From positions 768,001 through 832,000 of the forward strand of contig CAWDTA010000002.1 of the NCBI GenBank assembly GCA_963805085.1: a DNA stretch of 64,000 bases, read 5' to 3'. The DNA comes from an uncultured Veillonellaceae bacterium. Lineage in GTDB: Bacteria > Bacillota > Negativicutes > JARBTT01. This document shows positions 20,422 through 31,348 of this stretch, piece by piece. Position numbers and translations under genes: made by a program. The notes beneath the pieces are model-generated. The model searched no databases, was not told where the DNA came from, and saw nothing but the letters and a program-made list of their open reading frames with translations. Numbering within the stretch: position 1 is the stretch's first letter; each line of letters opens with the position of its first letter.

Positions 20422-22551
20422 CTAATTCAATACCTGCGGACTAGTTGCTGTTTGTGTTTGCTGGGCTTTTCTGATCAGTTTTTCGTTGGCAAACTCGGTA
20501 TATTCCTTGATAAAATATTGTTGACTATCCATTGGTTTCTGCGACAGTAGCCGTTTGGTATATTTACCGTTATTTTGTAGTTCTCTACCTTTTTGATTAT
20601 CCGCTAACATGATTTTTAGGTCAGCATATATCTTTCTTTTGATCTGCTTGTCCAAAATCGGGCAAGCAATCTCTACTCTTTTTTCCGTATTTCTCGTCAT
20701 CAAATCTGCCGATGAGATGAACATTTTCATTTGCGACTCCGCCCCAAAGCAGAAGACTCGCGAATGTTCTAAGAATCGACCAACGATACTAATGATCGTA
20801 ACATTGTCTGTCTTCCCTGGCACATTTGGCACCAAGCAGCAGATTCCCCGAATAATCATCGTGATCTTCACACCTGCTTGTGCTGCCATTACCAACTGAT
20901 CAATGATTTGCCGATCGGTAAGCGAATTCATCTTGAGCAGAATCGCACTTCTTTTACCCTGCTGAGCCTTCAACATTTCTTTCTTTATCAACGCTAATAT
21001 TTGCTCTTTTAAGTTCACGGGGGCAACCATTAATGTATCATACTGCCCTTTGAGATTCCCAATACACATGTTTTTAAAGAAGGCTGCCGCATCTTTACCA
21101 ACCTTTTGATTTGCCGTAATCAACGATAGATCCGTATAGATCGCCGCTGTCTGTGCATTGTAATTGCCTGTGCCAATCTGCGTAATGTACTGTACCTTAT
21201 CTTGTTCACATCTAGTAATCAAGCAGATCTTTGAATGCACCTTATAGCCCTCGAAGCCATAAAGAATATTGCAGCCTGCTTCACTTAAATTTTCCGCCCA
21301 GTTAATATTGTTTTGCTCATCAAAACGTGCCCGAAGTTCCATAAGAACAGTAACTTCTTTGCCCATTTCCGCCGCGATAATCAGGTAGTTCATTAATTTA
21401 GCTTTATGATTTCCCATACGATAAATGGTAATTTTTATCGATACTACTTTTTCATCGTAAGCCGCTTCTTTGATTAATTTTAAAAATAAGTCAAAATTTT
21501 GATAAGGATAGGTCAGCAAAACATCTTTTTCTAAAACATAATCGATCATTCGCTGCTCTGCATCAACTTCACAAACAGACACTGGTTTAAATGGTTCATA
21601 TTGCAAGCGTTGTCGTTGCTGATATGCAAGCTTTTCCGCTAAAGAAAATACGTAGGATAAACGGATCGGTGCCTTTGTCTTGTAAATTTGCTTTCGCTCA
21701 ATGTTTAACCGTGTGCAGAGATAATCTACCATCAAGGAATCGCCACTCGTTTCCATTTCTAAACGGACTGGCGCTAATCGCAAGCGCTTTTTTAACGTCT
21801 TTTTCACGTGATGGAGATAATCCTCGCCCTCTTCAATATCCTCATCATCGGGACTAATATCGGCATTTCGCGTAACACAAATCACGGATTTATCGACGAT
21901 AGAATACATGTCAAACACCTTATCTACATAGGCCAAGATGATTTCCTCTAGCAATATATAACGAATGGATTTTCCCGGTAAAAAAATCTGTTTTGGTAGA
22001 GAAACCGGCACTGGAATGATTCCTAGCGTAATCTTTTTCTTCCGTTTCAGTAAGATGGCAATATGTAAGACTTGATTCGCTAGGTGAGGAAACGGATGTT
22101 GAAAATCAATGATCTGCGGTGACAGCAATGGAGCAACATAATTGTCAAAATACTGCACAATCTCATTTGTTTCATCGATATTCAACTGATTAATTGCTGC
22201 TCGTTCGATACCCTCAGCACGCAAATTTTCTTCAATCCTGGCGAGAACATCATCCCGTTTTTTATATAATTTATTAGTAACACTAAAAATTTTTTCTAAC
22301 TGCTCTGTTGGCGTCAGCAAAGATTTATTATCCAGAGCATCTTTTTTCAATAAGGACAAATCAAATAAACTTCCCACCCGAATCATAAAAAATTCATCTA
22401 AATTATTTGTGAAAATCGCTACGAATTTTAATCGTTCATATAAAGGAACCTGTTCATCATTGGCTTCTTCTAATACTCGTTCATTAAATCTCAGCCATGA
22501 TAACTCCCTATTTTGCGTATAACTAATATCAAGACTTTTTGCTTTCCCCAT
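20422..22551 (-). CDS. ppk1: Polyphosphate kinase 1
   Basis: NRELSWLRFNERVL, NLDEFFMIRV, ELRARFDE, KVHSK, VGRFLEHSR. Confidence 0.96.
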   Translation of the reverse strand: MGKAKSLDISYTQNRELSWLRFNERVLEEANDEQVPLYERLKFVAIFTNNLDEFFMIRVGSLFDLSLLKKDALDNKSLLTPTEQLEKIFSVTNKLYKKRDDVLARIEENLRAEGIERAAINQLNIDETNEIVQYFDNYVAPLLSPQIIDFQHPFPHLANQVLHIAILLKRKKKITLGIIPVPVSLPKQIFLPGKSIRYILLEEIILAYVDKVFDMYSIVDKSVICVTRNADISPDDEDIEEGEDYLHHVKKTLKKRLRLAPVRLEMETSGDSLMVDYLCTRLNIERKQIYKTKAPIRLSYVFSLAEKLAYQQRQRLQYEPFKPVSVCEVDAEQRMIDYVLEKDVLLTYPYQNFDLFLKLIKEAAYDEKVVSIKITIYRMGNHKAKLMNYLIIAAEMGKEVTVLMELRARFDEQNNINWAENLSEAGCNILYGFEGYKVHSKICLITRCEQDKVQYITQIGTGNYNAQTAAIYTDLSLITANQKVGKDAAAFFKNMCIGNLKGQYDTLMVAPVNLKEQILALIKKEMLKAQQGKRSAILLKMNSLTDRQIIDQLVMAAQAGVKITMIIRGICCLVPNVPGKTDNVTIISIVGRFLEHSRVFCFGAESQMKMFISSADLMTRNTEKRVEIACPILDKQIKRKIYADLKIMLADNQKGRELQNNGKYTKRLLSQKPMDSQQYFIKEYTEFANEKLIRKAQQTQTATSPQVLN

Positions 22552-23638
22552 CTTTTACCTCTATAGCAACTTTTTCATTTTGTTTACTTTGATTATTTTT
22601 ATTCGTAGCAACTTTTTTTACTATCTTACTATCAGCTTTTTCATCTATTACTTGAGGTTCTTTCTTCGCTGGCGCTTTATTTTCTAGTAGCACTGCTGCA
22701 TCATTCTTTTTTAAAGCTTTCGGTGTTTTCAGCACTTTGCTATATATATAGCCTTCTCGCACTCCAAAATTGCTGACAACAATCGTTTCACTTTTAAAAT
22801 ATTTGATTAGAGTATGGAGAATAATCATGCCGGGTAAAATTGTTCCGATTCTATCTGGTACTGTTTTTAGTAAAATATCTAACGTCTCACTAGAAATAAG
22901 GTTATCATCTTCATCATTTTCTAGTAGCTTAATCATTTTTTTCACATTAGGCGCTTTTATTTCACAATTATCAGTAGGTAAATTAAATAAAAAATTATTA
23001 ATCTTGCTCGCTGCCCGAATCGTTCCACCAACCCCACAAACAACCGTCTGTTTTTCAGCATCTAGGTCCATATAATCCTCTAACTCAGATAATACAGCCT
23101 CCTTGATGGATCTTCGTTCGTTCTTATCTGGCAATAAGCCCTCTACATATTGGCTGTATGCATTCAAAGAACCAAGCGGTATACTGATTGCATTCACAAT
23201 CGTTGAATTTTTATAAATAACAAGTTCCGTACTGGCTCCACCGATATCAATGAGTAGTCCATCTTGCGCTTGCATCGCATGAGTAGCCCCAACAAAGTCC
23301 AGTGTTGCTTCTTCACTACCAGAAAGCACCGTAATTGGTACGCCAGTTCTTTCCGTGATTTCAACTACTGCCTCAGCACTATTTGACACGTTACGTAAAG
23401 CTGCTGTTGCAAACGCAGCTACATTGGTGATATTAAAGTTATCTAATAATATTTTAAAATCGTCCAAAGCTAGACAAGCTTTGTCTATTCCTTCTGGCAT
23501 CATCTTGCCTTTTTTCATATGAGAAGCCAAACCCGCAGTATGTTTTTTGTTTAATAACACCGTTAATTTATCAGCTTCTACTTTATAGATAGCCAAACGT
23601 ATCGTATTCGAGCCAATATCAATAATTGCTTGTACCAT
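22529..23638 (-). CDS. ppx: Ppx/GppA exopolyphosphatase with a Lys-rich C-terminal tail
   Basis: IDIGSNTIRL, ATAALRN, DIGGASTE, GVREG; an alternative start near 23740 also has an RBS. Confidence 0.88.
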   Translation of the reverse strand: MVQAIIDIGSNTIRLAIYKVEADKLTVLLNKKHTAGLASHMKKGKMMPEGIDKACLALDDFKILLDNFNITNVAAFATAALRNVSNSAEAVVEITERTGVPITVLSGSEEATLDFVGATHAMQAQDGLLIDIGGASTELVIYKNSTIVNAISIPLGSLNAYSQYVEGLLPDKNERRSIKEAVLSELEDYMDLDAEKQTVVCGVGGTIRAASKINNFLFNLPTDNCEIKAPNVKKMIKLLENDEDDNLISSETLDILLKTVPDRIGTILPGMIILHTLIKYFKSETIVVSNFGVREGYIYSKVLKTPKALKKNDAAVLLENKAPAKKEPQVIDEKADSKIVKKVATNKNNQSKQNEKVAIEVKDGESKKS

Positions 23639-23827
23639 GTTTATCTCACTCCATCTATGCCTAAATATTTTATTTTCGCTTCCAGATACCTTTGCTAACC
23701 GAGATTTTCCAAGGATTGCTGTTTTGTATTTTTCCATCATCCCTCCTAGATTCGTTACTTTTGAAGCGATGGAAATATTTATTTATATTCCTATATAATT
23801 TATCATAGTATATTTCCCACAGAGTCG

Positions 23828-23866
23828 TGTTAATTGTTTGTTAAATTATTATTAATATTATGTTAA
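23828..23866 (-). promoter_or_regulatory. Pho-box-like array upstream of ppx-ppk
   Basis: Minus strand TTAACA-N5-TTAATA-N5-TTAACA-N5-TTAACA, exact 11-bp period. Confidence 0.65.
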
Positions 23867-23900
23867 TTTTACAAATTTCTTTAATAAAAAACAAAAATAA

Positions 23901-23939
23901 AAATAAAGAAATCAGCAATGAAGCTAATTTCTTTATTTT
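23901..23939 (-). terminator. gyrA terminator
   Basis: aaataaagaaatcagc...gctaatttctttattt. Confidence 0.75.
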
Positions 23940-23978
23940 AATAGTCATTTTGTATCTGAAATTGTGCAGTAACTGTGA

Positions 23979-26414
23979 TTAATCAGAGTCCGACTTTTTT
24001 TCTACCGCAGCAAGTGAAGCAACCTTGTCATTTTTAGCTGTCTTCATCAATGTAACACCTTGGGTATTACGGCTGATTACTGAAATATCATCGATGTCAA
24101 TACGGATAACGATACCTTCAGTAGATATTAAAATCAATTCTTGACCTGGTTTTACGACTTTAATACCAATTACTTGGCCTGTTTTATCCGTTACTTTCAT
24201 GTTGATGATACCTTTACCACCACGTGTTTGCAAGCGATACTCAGTCGTAAATGTACGTTTACCGAAACCTTCTTCCGTTACAGTAAGTACTTCTGCATCG
24301 CGAGTTAGTGTCTCCATGCCGATAACGAGATCGTCTTCTTTTAAACGGATACCACGAACCCCATGCGCAGTTCTACCCATTGAGCGAACATCTTTTTCTG
24401 AGAAGGTAATCGCCATACCACTACGAGTACCCATGATGATATGTTGTTCACCATTGGTTAATTTTACCCCAATCAAGTCATCATCATCATCTAAGGAAAT
24501 CGCAATTAGGCCGCCCTTACGCGCTGTATCGAAATCCATAAGTTCTGTCTTTTTCACGATACCTTTTTGGGTTGCCATGAATAAGAATCTGTTATTAGAA
24601 AATTCTCTGACTGGAATAACTGCCGTAATTTTTTCATTCTTTTCAAGCGGTAATAGATTGACGATCGCAGTACCTTTTGCAGTACGACTTGCTTCGGCAA
24701 TTTCATAGCCCTTCAAACGATATACTCGACCACGACTCGTGAAGAATAAGATATTATGATGCGTCGTTGTAACAAATAAATGTTCAACGAAATCTTCTTC
24801 TTTTGTTCCCATACCAGCTACGCCACGACCACCACGTTTTTGATTACGATACGTATCAACTGGTAAGCGTTTAATATAGCTGCCATGTGTCAAAGTAATA
24901 ACGATATCTTCTTCCGCAATTAAATCTTCCATATCTAATTTAGATACATCCGTTGTAATCACAGTACGTCTATTATCACTGAATCTACGTCTTACTTCAG
25001 TAAGTTCTTCTTTAATAATATTAAGCACTTTTTGCTCATCAGCTAGCACTGATTCTAACCACTCAATCGTTTTCAATAATGCTTGATATTCATCTTCAAT
25101 TTTTTCACGTTCCAAACCAGTTAAGCGTTGTAAACGTAAATCTAAAATTGCTTGGGCTTGTTTCTCGGATAAAGAGAAACCTTCCATTAAAGCATTACGA
25201 GCAATATCTGCCGTTTGTGATTGACGAATGGTCTTAATTACTGCTTCGATATGATCAAGTGCAATTTTCAAACCTTCTAAGATATGGGCTCTTGCTTGTG
25301 CTTTCGCAAGTTCATATCTTGTCCGTCTCGTAATGATTTCTTTCTGATGTTCTACATAGTAATACAAAACTTCACGAAGGTTTAATACCCTCGGTCTACC
25401 ATCCACAAGTGCAAGCATGATGATACCAAAACTTTCTTGCATTTGAGTATGTTTATAAAGTTGGTTTAATATAACATCTGGATTGGTATCGCGGCGCAAT
25501 TCAATAACGACGCGCATCCCTTTACGGTCACTTTCATCACGAAGATCAGTAATACCGTCAATGGATTTTTCACGAACCAATTCCGCAATTTTTTCTACTA
25601 AACGAGCTTTATTTACTTGATATGGCAATTCTGTTACTAAAATTCTTGGTTTACCATTCGACATCTTCTCAATACGAGCTTGCGCACGCATTTTTACTAC
25701 CCCACGACCAGTCGTATAAGCAGAATGAATGCCCTCTCTACCAAGAATCAAACCAGCAGTTGGGAAATCAGGGCCTTTGATTACCATCATTAATTCTGGC
25801 ACAGTTACCTCTGGATTATCAATTAACATCAATACACCATCAATAACTTCACCTAAATTATGGGGAGGAATATTCGTTGCCATACCTACAGCAATCCCAG
25901 AAGAACCATTGACTAATAAGTTTGGTAATTTTGCTGGTAATACTGATGGCTCTTTTAAAGATTCATCATAGTTGGGTACAAAGTTAACCGTTTCTTTTTC
26001 AATGTCTTGCAACATCGCTTCGGCAACACGGGACATACGAACTTCTGTATAACGCATTGCTGCTGCCGAGTCACCATCGATCGAACCGAAGTTACCATGA
26101 CCATCGACTAATAAATACCTTGTCGAGAACTCCTGTGCCATCCGCACGGTAGCTTCATAAACTGAACTATCGCCATGTGGATGATACTTACCTAGTACTT
26201 CCCCGACTATACGTGCCGATTTTTTGTATGGCTTATTTGGCGCCATTCCAGCTTCATGCATTGCATACAAAATACGTCTATGTACCGGTTTTAACCCATC
26301 GCGAACATCTGGCAAAGCACGCATGACGATAACGCTCATCGCGTAATCGATATAAGAATTTTTCATTTCATCTTCAATGCGTACAGGCAAGACTTTACCT
26401 AAACCAAAATCCAC
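23979..26414 (-). CDS. gyrA: DNA gyrase subunit A
   Basis: YHPHGDS, AAMRYTE, GyrA-box QKRGGRG, C-terminal pinwheel repeats. Confidence 0.98.
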   Translation of the reverse strand: MDFGLGKVLPVRIEDEMKNSYIDYAMSVIVMRALPDVRDGLKPVHRRILYAMHEAGMAPNKPYKKSARIVGEVLGKYHPHGDSSVYEATVRMAQEFSTRYLLVDGHGNFGSIDGDSAAAMRYTEVRMSRVAEAMLQDIEKETVNFVPNYDESLKEPSVLPAKLPNLLVNGSSGIAVGMATNIPPHNLGEVIDGVLMLIDNPEVTVPELMMVIKGPDFPTAGLILGREGIHSAYTTGRGVVKMRAQARIEKMSNGKPRILVTELPYQVNKARLVEKIAELVREKSIDGITDLRDESDRKGMRVVIELRRDTNPDVILNQLYKHTQMQESFGIIMLALVDGRPRVLNLREVLYYYVEHQKEIITRRTRYELAKAQARAHILEGLKIALDHIEAVIKTIRQSQTADIARNALMEGFSLSEKQAQAILDLRLQRLTGLEREKIEDEYQALLKTIEWLESVLADEQKVLNIIKEELTEVRRRFSDNRRTVITTDVSKLDMEDLIAEEDIVITLTHGSYIKRLPVDTYRNQKRGGRGVAGMGTKEEDFVEHLFVTTTHHNILFFTSRGRVYRLKGYEIAEASRTAKGTAIVNLLPLEKNEKITAVIPVREFSNNRFLFMATQKGIVKKTELMDFDTARKGGLIAISLDDDDDLIGVKLTNGEQHIIMGTRSGMAITFSEKDVRSMGRTAHGVRGIRLKEDDLVIGMETLTRDAEVLTVTEEGFGKRTFTTEYRLQTRGGKGIINMKVTDKTGQVIGIKVVKPGQELILISTEGIVIRIDIDDISVISRNTQGVTLMKTAKNDKVASLAAVEKKSDSD

Positions 26415-26668
26415 ATTCTCACCTCAAATAATATTATTTCTTAGCTTTATGTATAAAATCTAAATTGATTTCAATCCCCTATATTTATTCCGTATATTGC
26501 TATATACAACTCCTAATTATAGCATAGAAAGCGATTTATGTAAAAAATTTTAACGAACCTGCATTTCCTTGTCATTTGTTATTATTCTTGCCGAAAATCA
26601 TCAATAGTAACCAATTCTTTTCACCGTCCATATACTATAGCAAACTATGATGCTAGGGAGGTCATTAG

Positions 26669-27304
26669 ATGGATTTATCCTATGTGATTTTACTTGGAAT
26701 CGCGGTAAGTATTGATGGATTTTTTGCCGGTATCGCTTATGGCCTAAAAAATATTAGAGTCTCCTTCTTAGCGCTATCGTTAATTGGCTTTGTAACCTTC
26801 GTTTGCACGACGCTGGCAATGAGCTCTGCTAGTCTCCTATTGGAGTTTATCAATCCTTCCATTGCAACACTCTTTGGAGGCTTCTTACTGATTTTGATTG
26901 GATCAATGAGTCTTTTACACCAGTACCTATTAAAAGCACCAGTAAATGAAAACGTAGCTAAAAGCCAAACACCAACGAAGATTACGATCTCGTTAGGTAG
27001 GCTGGTAATCAGTATCATGGCAAAGCCAGAATGCGCTGATATGGACTGCTCTAATCATCTAAATAAGACTGAAGCATTGCTCCTTGGTCTTGCACTTGGC
27101 ATAGATAATATGATTGCTACCTTTGCCGTTGGGCTCACCACTTCCTTGCAGCTTTATACTCCGATCGTGATGTGTATCATTCAAAGCAGTATTGTATGGA
27201 GCGGAATCTACCTTGCAAAAAAAATGATTTCTCCTCATATGAAACATAGGATTGCCTATGCGCCTGGTTGCGTCCTAATCTTACTCGGACTCATCAGACT
27301 ATAA
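26669..27304 (+). CDS. YtaF/MntP-family membrane protein
   Basis: AVSIDGFFAGIAYG and ALGIDNM repeats. Confidence 0.8.
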   Translation: MDLSYVILLGIAVSIDGFFAGIAYGLKNIRVSFLALSLIGFVTFVCTTLAMSSASLLLEFINPSIATLFGGFLLILIGSMSLLHQYLLKAPVNENVAKSQTPTKITISLGRLVISIMAKPECADMDCSNHLNKTEALLLGLALGIDNMIATFAVGLTTSLQLYTPIVMCIIQSSIVWSGIYLAKKMISPHMKHRIAYAPGCVLILLGLIRL

Positions 27305-27364
27305 AGAAAAGCTTCCTTCCACGATAAGAATTTGGTCCAATTCAAAATTGAAAGGAAGCTTTTT

Positions 27365-28297
27365 TTATTTGATTGCCTTTATTACTTTTTTCTTTAAAAC
27401 CTTATCGTATAAATACCCTTCACGTACACCAGACTTACTGACAATAATCGTCTCACTCTGAAACTGACTAGCCAGCGTATCCAAAATGATTAAACCCGGA
27501 ATAATCGTCTTAATCCGTTCTGGTACAACTTTAAGTAAAAGCTCTAAATTATCTTTGGAAATTATCTCAGCATCATGTTCGAACTTATTGATCATCTTGC
27601 GAATGCATGGCACCTCAATTTTATCATTGCTTTCTGATAAAGAAAACAGTTCATTATTGAGCTTTACAGCACCATTAAAAGTCCCACCAATTCCACAAAT
27701 ATCCTTATAAATTCCGTTCTTAAATTCTACTGCCGACTCTAGTTCTAACAACACTTCATTTTTGATCGTTGCCTCTTCTTCTTTGCTTGGGAATAACCCT
27801 TTTATATGCTTTGTATGCATCGCAAGTGAACCAATTGGCATGCTGATCATGCTTAAAATAGCTCCCTCTTTATAACTGACCAGTTCCGTACTGGCTCCGC
27901 CGATATCAATTAAAATTCCATCTTTCGTTTCCATGGCATGCGTTGCCCCAATAAAATCAAATGCAGCTTCTTCATTTCCCGAAATAACTATAATTTCAAT
28001 ACCGGTATGTTGTATGATCTGAGCCACTGCTTCTTTACTATTTTCCACATTACGTAATGCCGCTGTCGTAAAAGCTACCACATTGGTTATATTAAAATTG
28101 CTTAGAAATACTTTGAATTCTGCTAAGACCTCACAAGCTTTTTGAATCCCCTCTGGTTGCATAACATTATTTTGAATATAAGCAGCCAAACCTACTGTAT
28201 GCTTCTTTTTTATTAGCAATTCCAACTTTCCATTGTCAACCTTATAAATTGCTAATCTAATTGTACTCGAACCAATATCAATAATCCCGTGAATCAT
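27365..28297 (-). CDS. ppx: Second Ppx/GppA exopolyphosphatase
   Basis: IDIGSSTIRL, TAALRN, DIGGASTE, GVREGY; clear paralogue of 22529-23638. Confidence 0.88.
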   Translation of the reverse strand: MIHGIIDIGSSTIRLAIYKVDNGKLELLIKKKHTVGLAAYIQNNVMQPEGIQKACEVLAEFKVFLSNFNITNVVAFTTAALRNVENSKEAVAQIIQHTGIEIIVISGNEEAAFDFIGATHAMETKDGILIDIGGASTELVSYKEGAILSMISMPIGSLAMHTKHIKGLFPSKEEEATIKNEVLLELESAVEFKNGIYKDICGIGGTFNGAVKLNNELFSLSESNDKIEVPCIRKMINKFEHDAEIISKDNLELLLKVVPERIKTIIPGLIILDTLASQFQSETIIVSKSGVREGYLYDKVLKKKVIKAIK

Positions 28298-28495
28298 AGC
28301 TGCAAACTCCTCATACTTTTCTTTCCTAACAAGTTTACCCTCTAGTTTACTCCCACATACTTATATAACGTTATTTTACCAGCAATTATAACATGAAAAA
28401 TAATAAAAAATACATTAAATCTTTGTTAAGATGGCAATATACAAAAAGGATAGAAAATCAAAATGATTTTCTATCCTTTTCCTATGACCAAGCAG

Positions 28496-28927
28496 TTAGT
28501 CTTCGACAACTGTAACGTTTTGCATTAAATCGCCTTGTTTAATATTATCCATAACATCAAGACCTTCAATTACTTGTCCAAATACTGTATGTACACCATC
28601 CAAATGTGGTTGTGCTTCAAGTACAAGGAAAAATTGGCTGCCGCCAGTATCTTTACCACGATGTGCCATAGATAAAGCACCTTTATCATGGATATGCGGA
28701 TTGCCTTTTGTTTCACACTTGATGCTGTAACCGGGGCCACCTGTCCCATTACCATTTGGACAACCAGCTTGCGCTACAAATTCAGGAATTACACGGTGAA
28801 ATTTTAGCCCATTATAAAACCCTTCTTTAATTAATTTTTCAAAATTAGCAACCGTACCAGGCGCTTCTTTTTCAAATAGTTCAATCACAATATTGCCATG
28901 TGCCATTTCAATAATCGCTTTTTTCAT
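28496..28927 (-). CDS. Cyclophilin-type peptidyl-prolyl isomerase
   Basis: [33 protein letters not shown]. Confidence 0.95.
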   Translation of the reverse strand: MKKAIIEMAHGNIVIELFEKEAPGTVANFEKLIKEGFYNGLKFHRVIPEFVAQAGCPNGNGTGGPGYSIKCETKGNPHIHDKGALSMAHRGKDTGGSQFFLVLEAQPHLDGVHTVFGQVIEGLDVMDNIKQGDLMQNVTVVED

Positions 28928-28995
28928 TCAATAAAAACCTCACTTTTGTCATAATTATGTTATAGTATACCACAGCTTTGTTTACGTTATCAATT

Positions 28996-29760
28996 TTACT
29001 TAAACATATCCCATAATTGCTTACCAATCAGGATTGTACTCATACAAATAAAAAGTGGTTTCACATAACTTGCACCTTTTGTTATTGCCATTTTTGTACC
29101 AAGTAAAGCCCCACAAATCATCGCCAGCCCCATCGGAATTGCATAATAATAGTTTACAACGCCTAAATACGCAAAGGAAAGCGCGCCAGCAATATTACTC
29201 GCAAAATTTAAAGCACGCGCATTTGCTGCCGCGCCAACAAATTCAAAACCAATACAAAGAAAACCAAATAACATAAAAGAACCCGCCCCCGGGCCAAAAA
29301 AACCATCATAAAACCCCATAGCGATAGCAACGCTGCCGCTTAGCAGTGCCTTTTCCTTGCTCATCCCTGTATAAGTAGAAGTTTTGCCCCAATCTTTACG
29401 GAATAAGCTATAAATCGTCACCAAAATCAGCATGACCACGACCATCGGTTTTAAAAAGTCCGATGGAATCAGCTGCACGACATAAACCCCGCAAGCTGAG
29501 CCTAAAAAGCCCAAGGGAAATAAATACTTCATCACACTAAAATCAACTTTTCCTGACCGCATAAAAGATAGTACGCTACTGAGTGCTCCCATCGAAGCAC
29601 CGACTTTATTTGTTCCTAGCACTTGTACCATCGGCATTCCCGTAAGCATTAATGCTGGCATCGAGATTAAGCCACCCCCGCCCACAACGGAATCAATAAA
29701 TGCTGCTATAAATCCAGCTGCCATAATAAATAATAAGATTTCTAGACTAATATCTTCCAC
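28996..29760 (-). CDS. TSUP/TauE-family transporter
   Basis: DSVVGGGGLI, GTNK, GFYDGFFGPGAG. Confidence 0.9.
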   Translation of the reverse strand: MEDISLEILLFIMAAGFIAAFIDSVVGGGGLISMPALMLTGMPMVQVLGTNKVGASMGALSSVLSFMRSGKVDFSVMKYLFPLGFLGSACGVYVVQLIPSDFLKPMVVVMLILVTIYSLFRKDWGKTSTYTGMSKEKALLSGSVAIAMGFYDGFFGPGAGSFMLFGFLCIGFEFVGAAANARALNFASNIAGALSFAYLGVVNYYYAIPMGLAMICGALLGTKMAITKGASYVKPLFICMSTILIGKQLWDMFK

Positions 29761-29923
29761 AAAACCGCTCCTTTTAACCGAACTCCTCTTACTTTTTATA
29801 TTTTAGCATATTATTCTGTGCAAAACCTTGTATATTACTGTATTTTTCTATTTATGCTATAATCATAGTAAACATACACTACCCTATAATTATAGTAATT
29901 TAATATATTTAGGAGGAATACTC

Positions 29924-30766
29924 ATGGGAAATGCCGATATCATTGATTACAAAATTTTAGGTAATGAAATGCAATTTGTCGAGATTGGACTCGATCCAGA
30001 GGAAAGCGTCATCGCAGAGGTAGGTTGCATGATGTACAAGGACAGCTCCATCGTGATGGATACTCTTTTTGGTGATGGCTCAGGAAAAGAAGGTAATGGC
30101 TTTTTTAATAAATTACTCGGTGCGGGAAAACGTGTCTTATCCGGCGAAAATTTATTCATTACCCTTTTTACTCATAAAGGGCAAGGCAAGGCGAAAATAG
30201 CATTTGCTGCACCTTATCCAGGAAATATCATTCCCATGAATTTAGGTGAAATGGGTGGAACACTGATTTGTCAAAAAGATAGTTTTCTCTGCGCAGCCAA
30301 AGGTGTCTCAGTCAGCATTTACCTACAGAGAAAAATCATGACTGGACTATTTGGCGGTGAAGGGTTTATTATGCAAAAACTCGAAGGCGATGGCTTGGCC
30401 TTCGTTCATGCTGGTGGTACCGTCGTAGAAAAAACATTGCAGCCAGGTGAAATACTTCATGTAGATACTGGCTGCGTCGTTGCTTTTGAACCAAACGTTC
30501 AATTTGACATCGAACGCGTTGGCAATATCAAAACTTCGCTACTCGGTGGTGAAGGGTTCTTCGTTGCAGCGATGGAAGGCCCGGGTAAAATCTGGTTGCA
30601 ATCACTACCATTCACCCGCCTCGCTGGTAGAATCCACAATGCAATGCCATCACGTGGTGGTTCCGCTGATGAATCCAGCTTTGCCGATACAGCAAAAACA
30701 GTCGTAACTGGTGGCGCCATCCTCGGTGGAATTGGCTCCCTCTTTAGCGGCGATGACGAAGACTAA
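29924..30766 (+). CDS. TIGR00266/AIM24-family protein
   Basis: QKDSFLC, LFGGEGF, GPGKIWLQSLP; AGGAGG RBS before ATG 29924. Confidence 0.9.
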   Translation: MGNADIIDYKILGNEMQFVEIGLDPEESVIAEVGCMMYKDSSIVMDTLFGDGSGKEGNGFFNKLLGAGKRVLSGENLFITLFTHKGQGKAKIAFAAPYPGNIIPMNLGEMGGTLICQKDSFLCAAKGVSVSIYLQRKIMTGLFGGEGFIMQKLEGDGLAFVHAGGTVVEKTLQPGEILHVDTGCVVAFEPNVQFDIERVGNIKTSLLGGEGFFVAAMEGPGKIWLQSLPFTRLAGRIHNAMPSRGGSADESSFADTAKTVVTGGAILGGIGSLFSGDDED

Positions 30767-30802
30767 AAAATAGAATCAAAAATAATATGGCTGTTTTAAA
30801 AA

Positions 30803-30889
30803 TGTACCCTAGGCACTCTTTTTTAGTGACTAGGGTATATTTCATAGAAGAAGACTCAACTGTCAGTTGAGTCTTCTTCTATGAAATAT
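30803..30889. repeat. Two adjacent inverted repeats, the second a near-perfect 53-bp palindrome
   Basis: taccctaggcact...agtgactagggta, then atatttcatagaagaagactcaac-tgtca-gttgagtcttcttctatgaaatat (30837-30889). Confidence 0.85.
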
Positions 30890-31326
30890 TTCCGATCAAA
30901 TCTTAGCGAATTTATTTTCCTGGGTTTGATTCCCTGCTCTAATAATTCCTTGTCTAATCTTGCATAGGTAACCTCTCTATACTCTTCGAACGAAACATCG
31001 TTAACTATTTCAGTGACATAACCAACTAGTGAAAGATCATATATCGCAATTTTCTCTTGCCGCTCAACCATCAAATATGCTTTGTTTTGCAAGTCTATAA
31101 TTATTTTAAGTTTAATGTCAGTGTTTTCTATTTCCCCAGCCATAATTGTGTCATCCGTTGTTCTGAAGGTCTTATACATTTCCGGAACCTCTGTTTTTCC
31201 AGAAACCAAGCCCTGTTCCTCGTAAATAGATCCGATATCTCCCATTTTTTGTGGCGAGACTGACTCCTCGCCACATGCTGGTACGATACTTGACCCCAGT
31301 TTTTTACTGTCTTGTACTGATACCAA
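30856..31326 (-). CDS. Hypothetical acidic protein
   Basis: Open frame; GGGGGA RBS before TTG at 31326; no family recognised. Confidence 0.55.
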   Translation of the reverse strand: MVSVQDSKKLGSSIVPACGEESVSPQKMGDIGSIYEEQGLVSGKTEVPEMYKTFRTTDDTIMAGEIENTDIKLKIIIDLQNKAYLMVERQEKIAIYDLSLVGYVTEIVNDVSFEEYREVTYARLDKELLEQGIKPRKINSLRFDRKYFIEEDSTDS

Positions 31327-31348
31327 TTTATATCCCCCCATCAGCATT

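Noticed and set aside
24199-24708. 169-aa ORF opposite gyrA, and similar short antisense ORFs throughout the track
   Set aside because: They overlap well-conserved genes on the other strand
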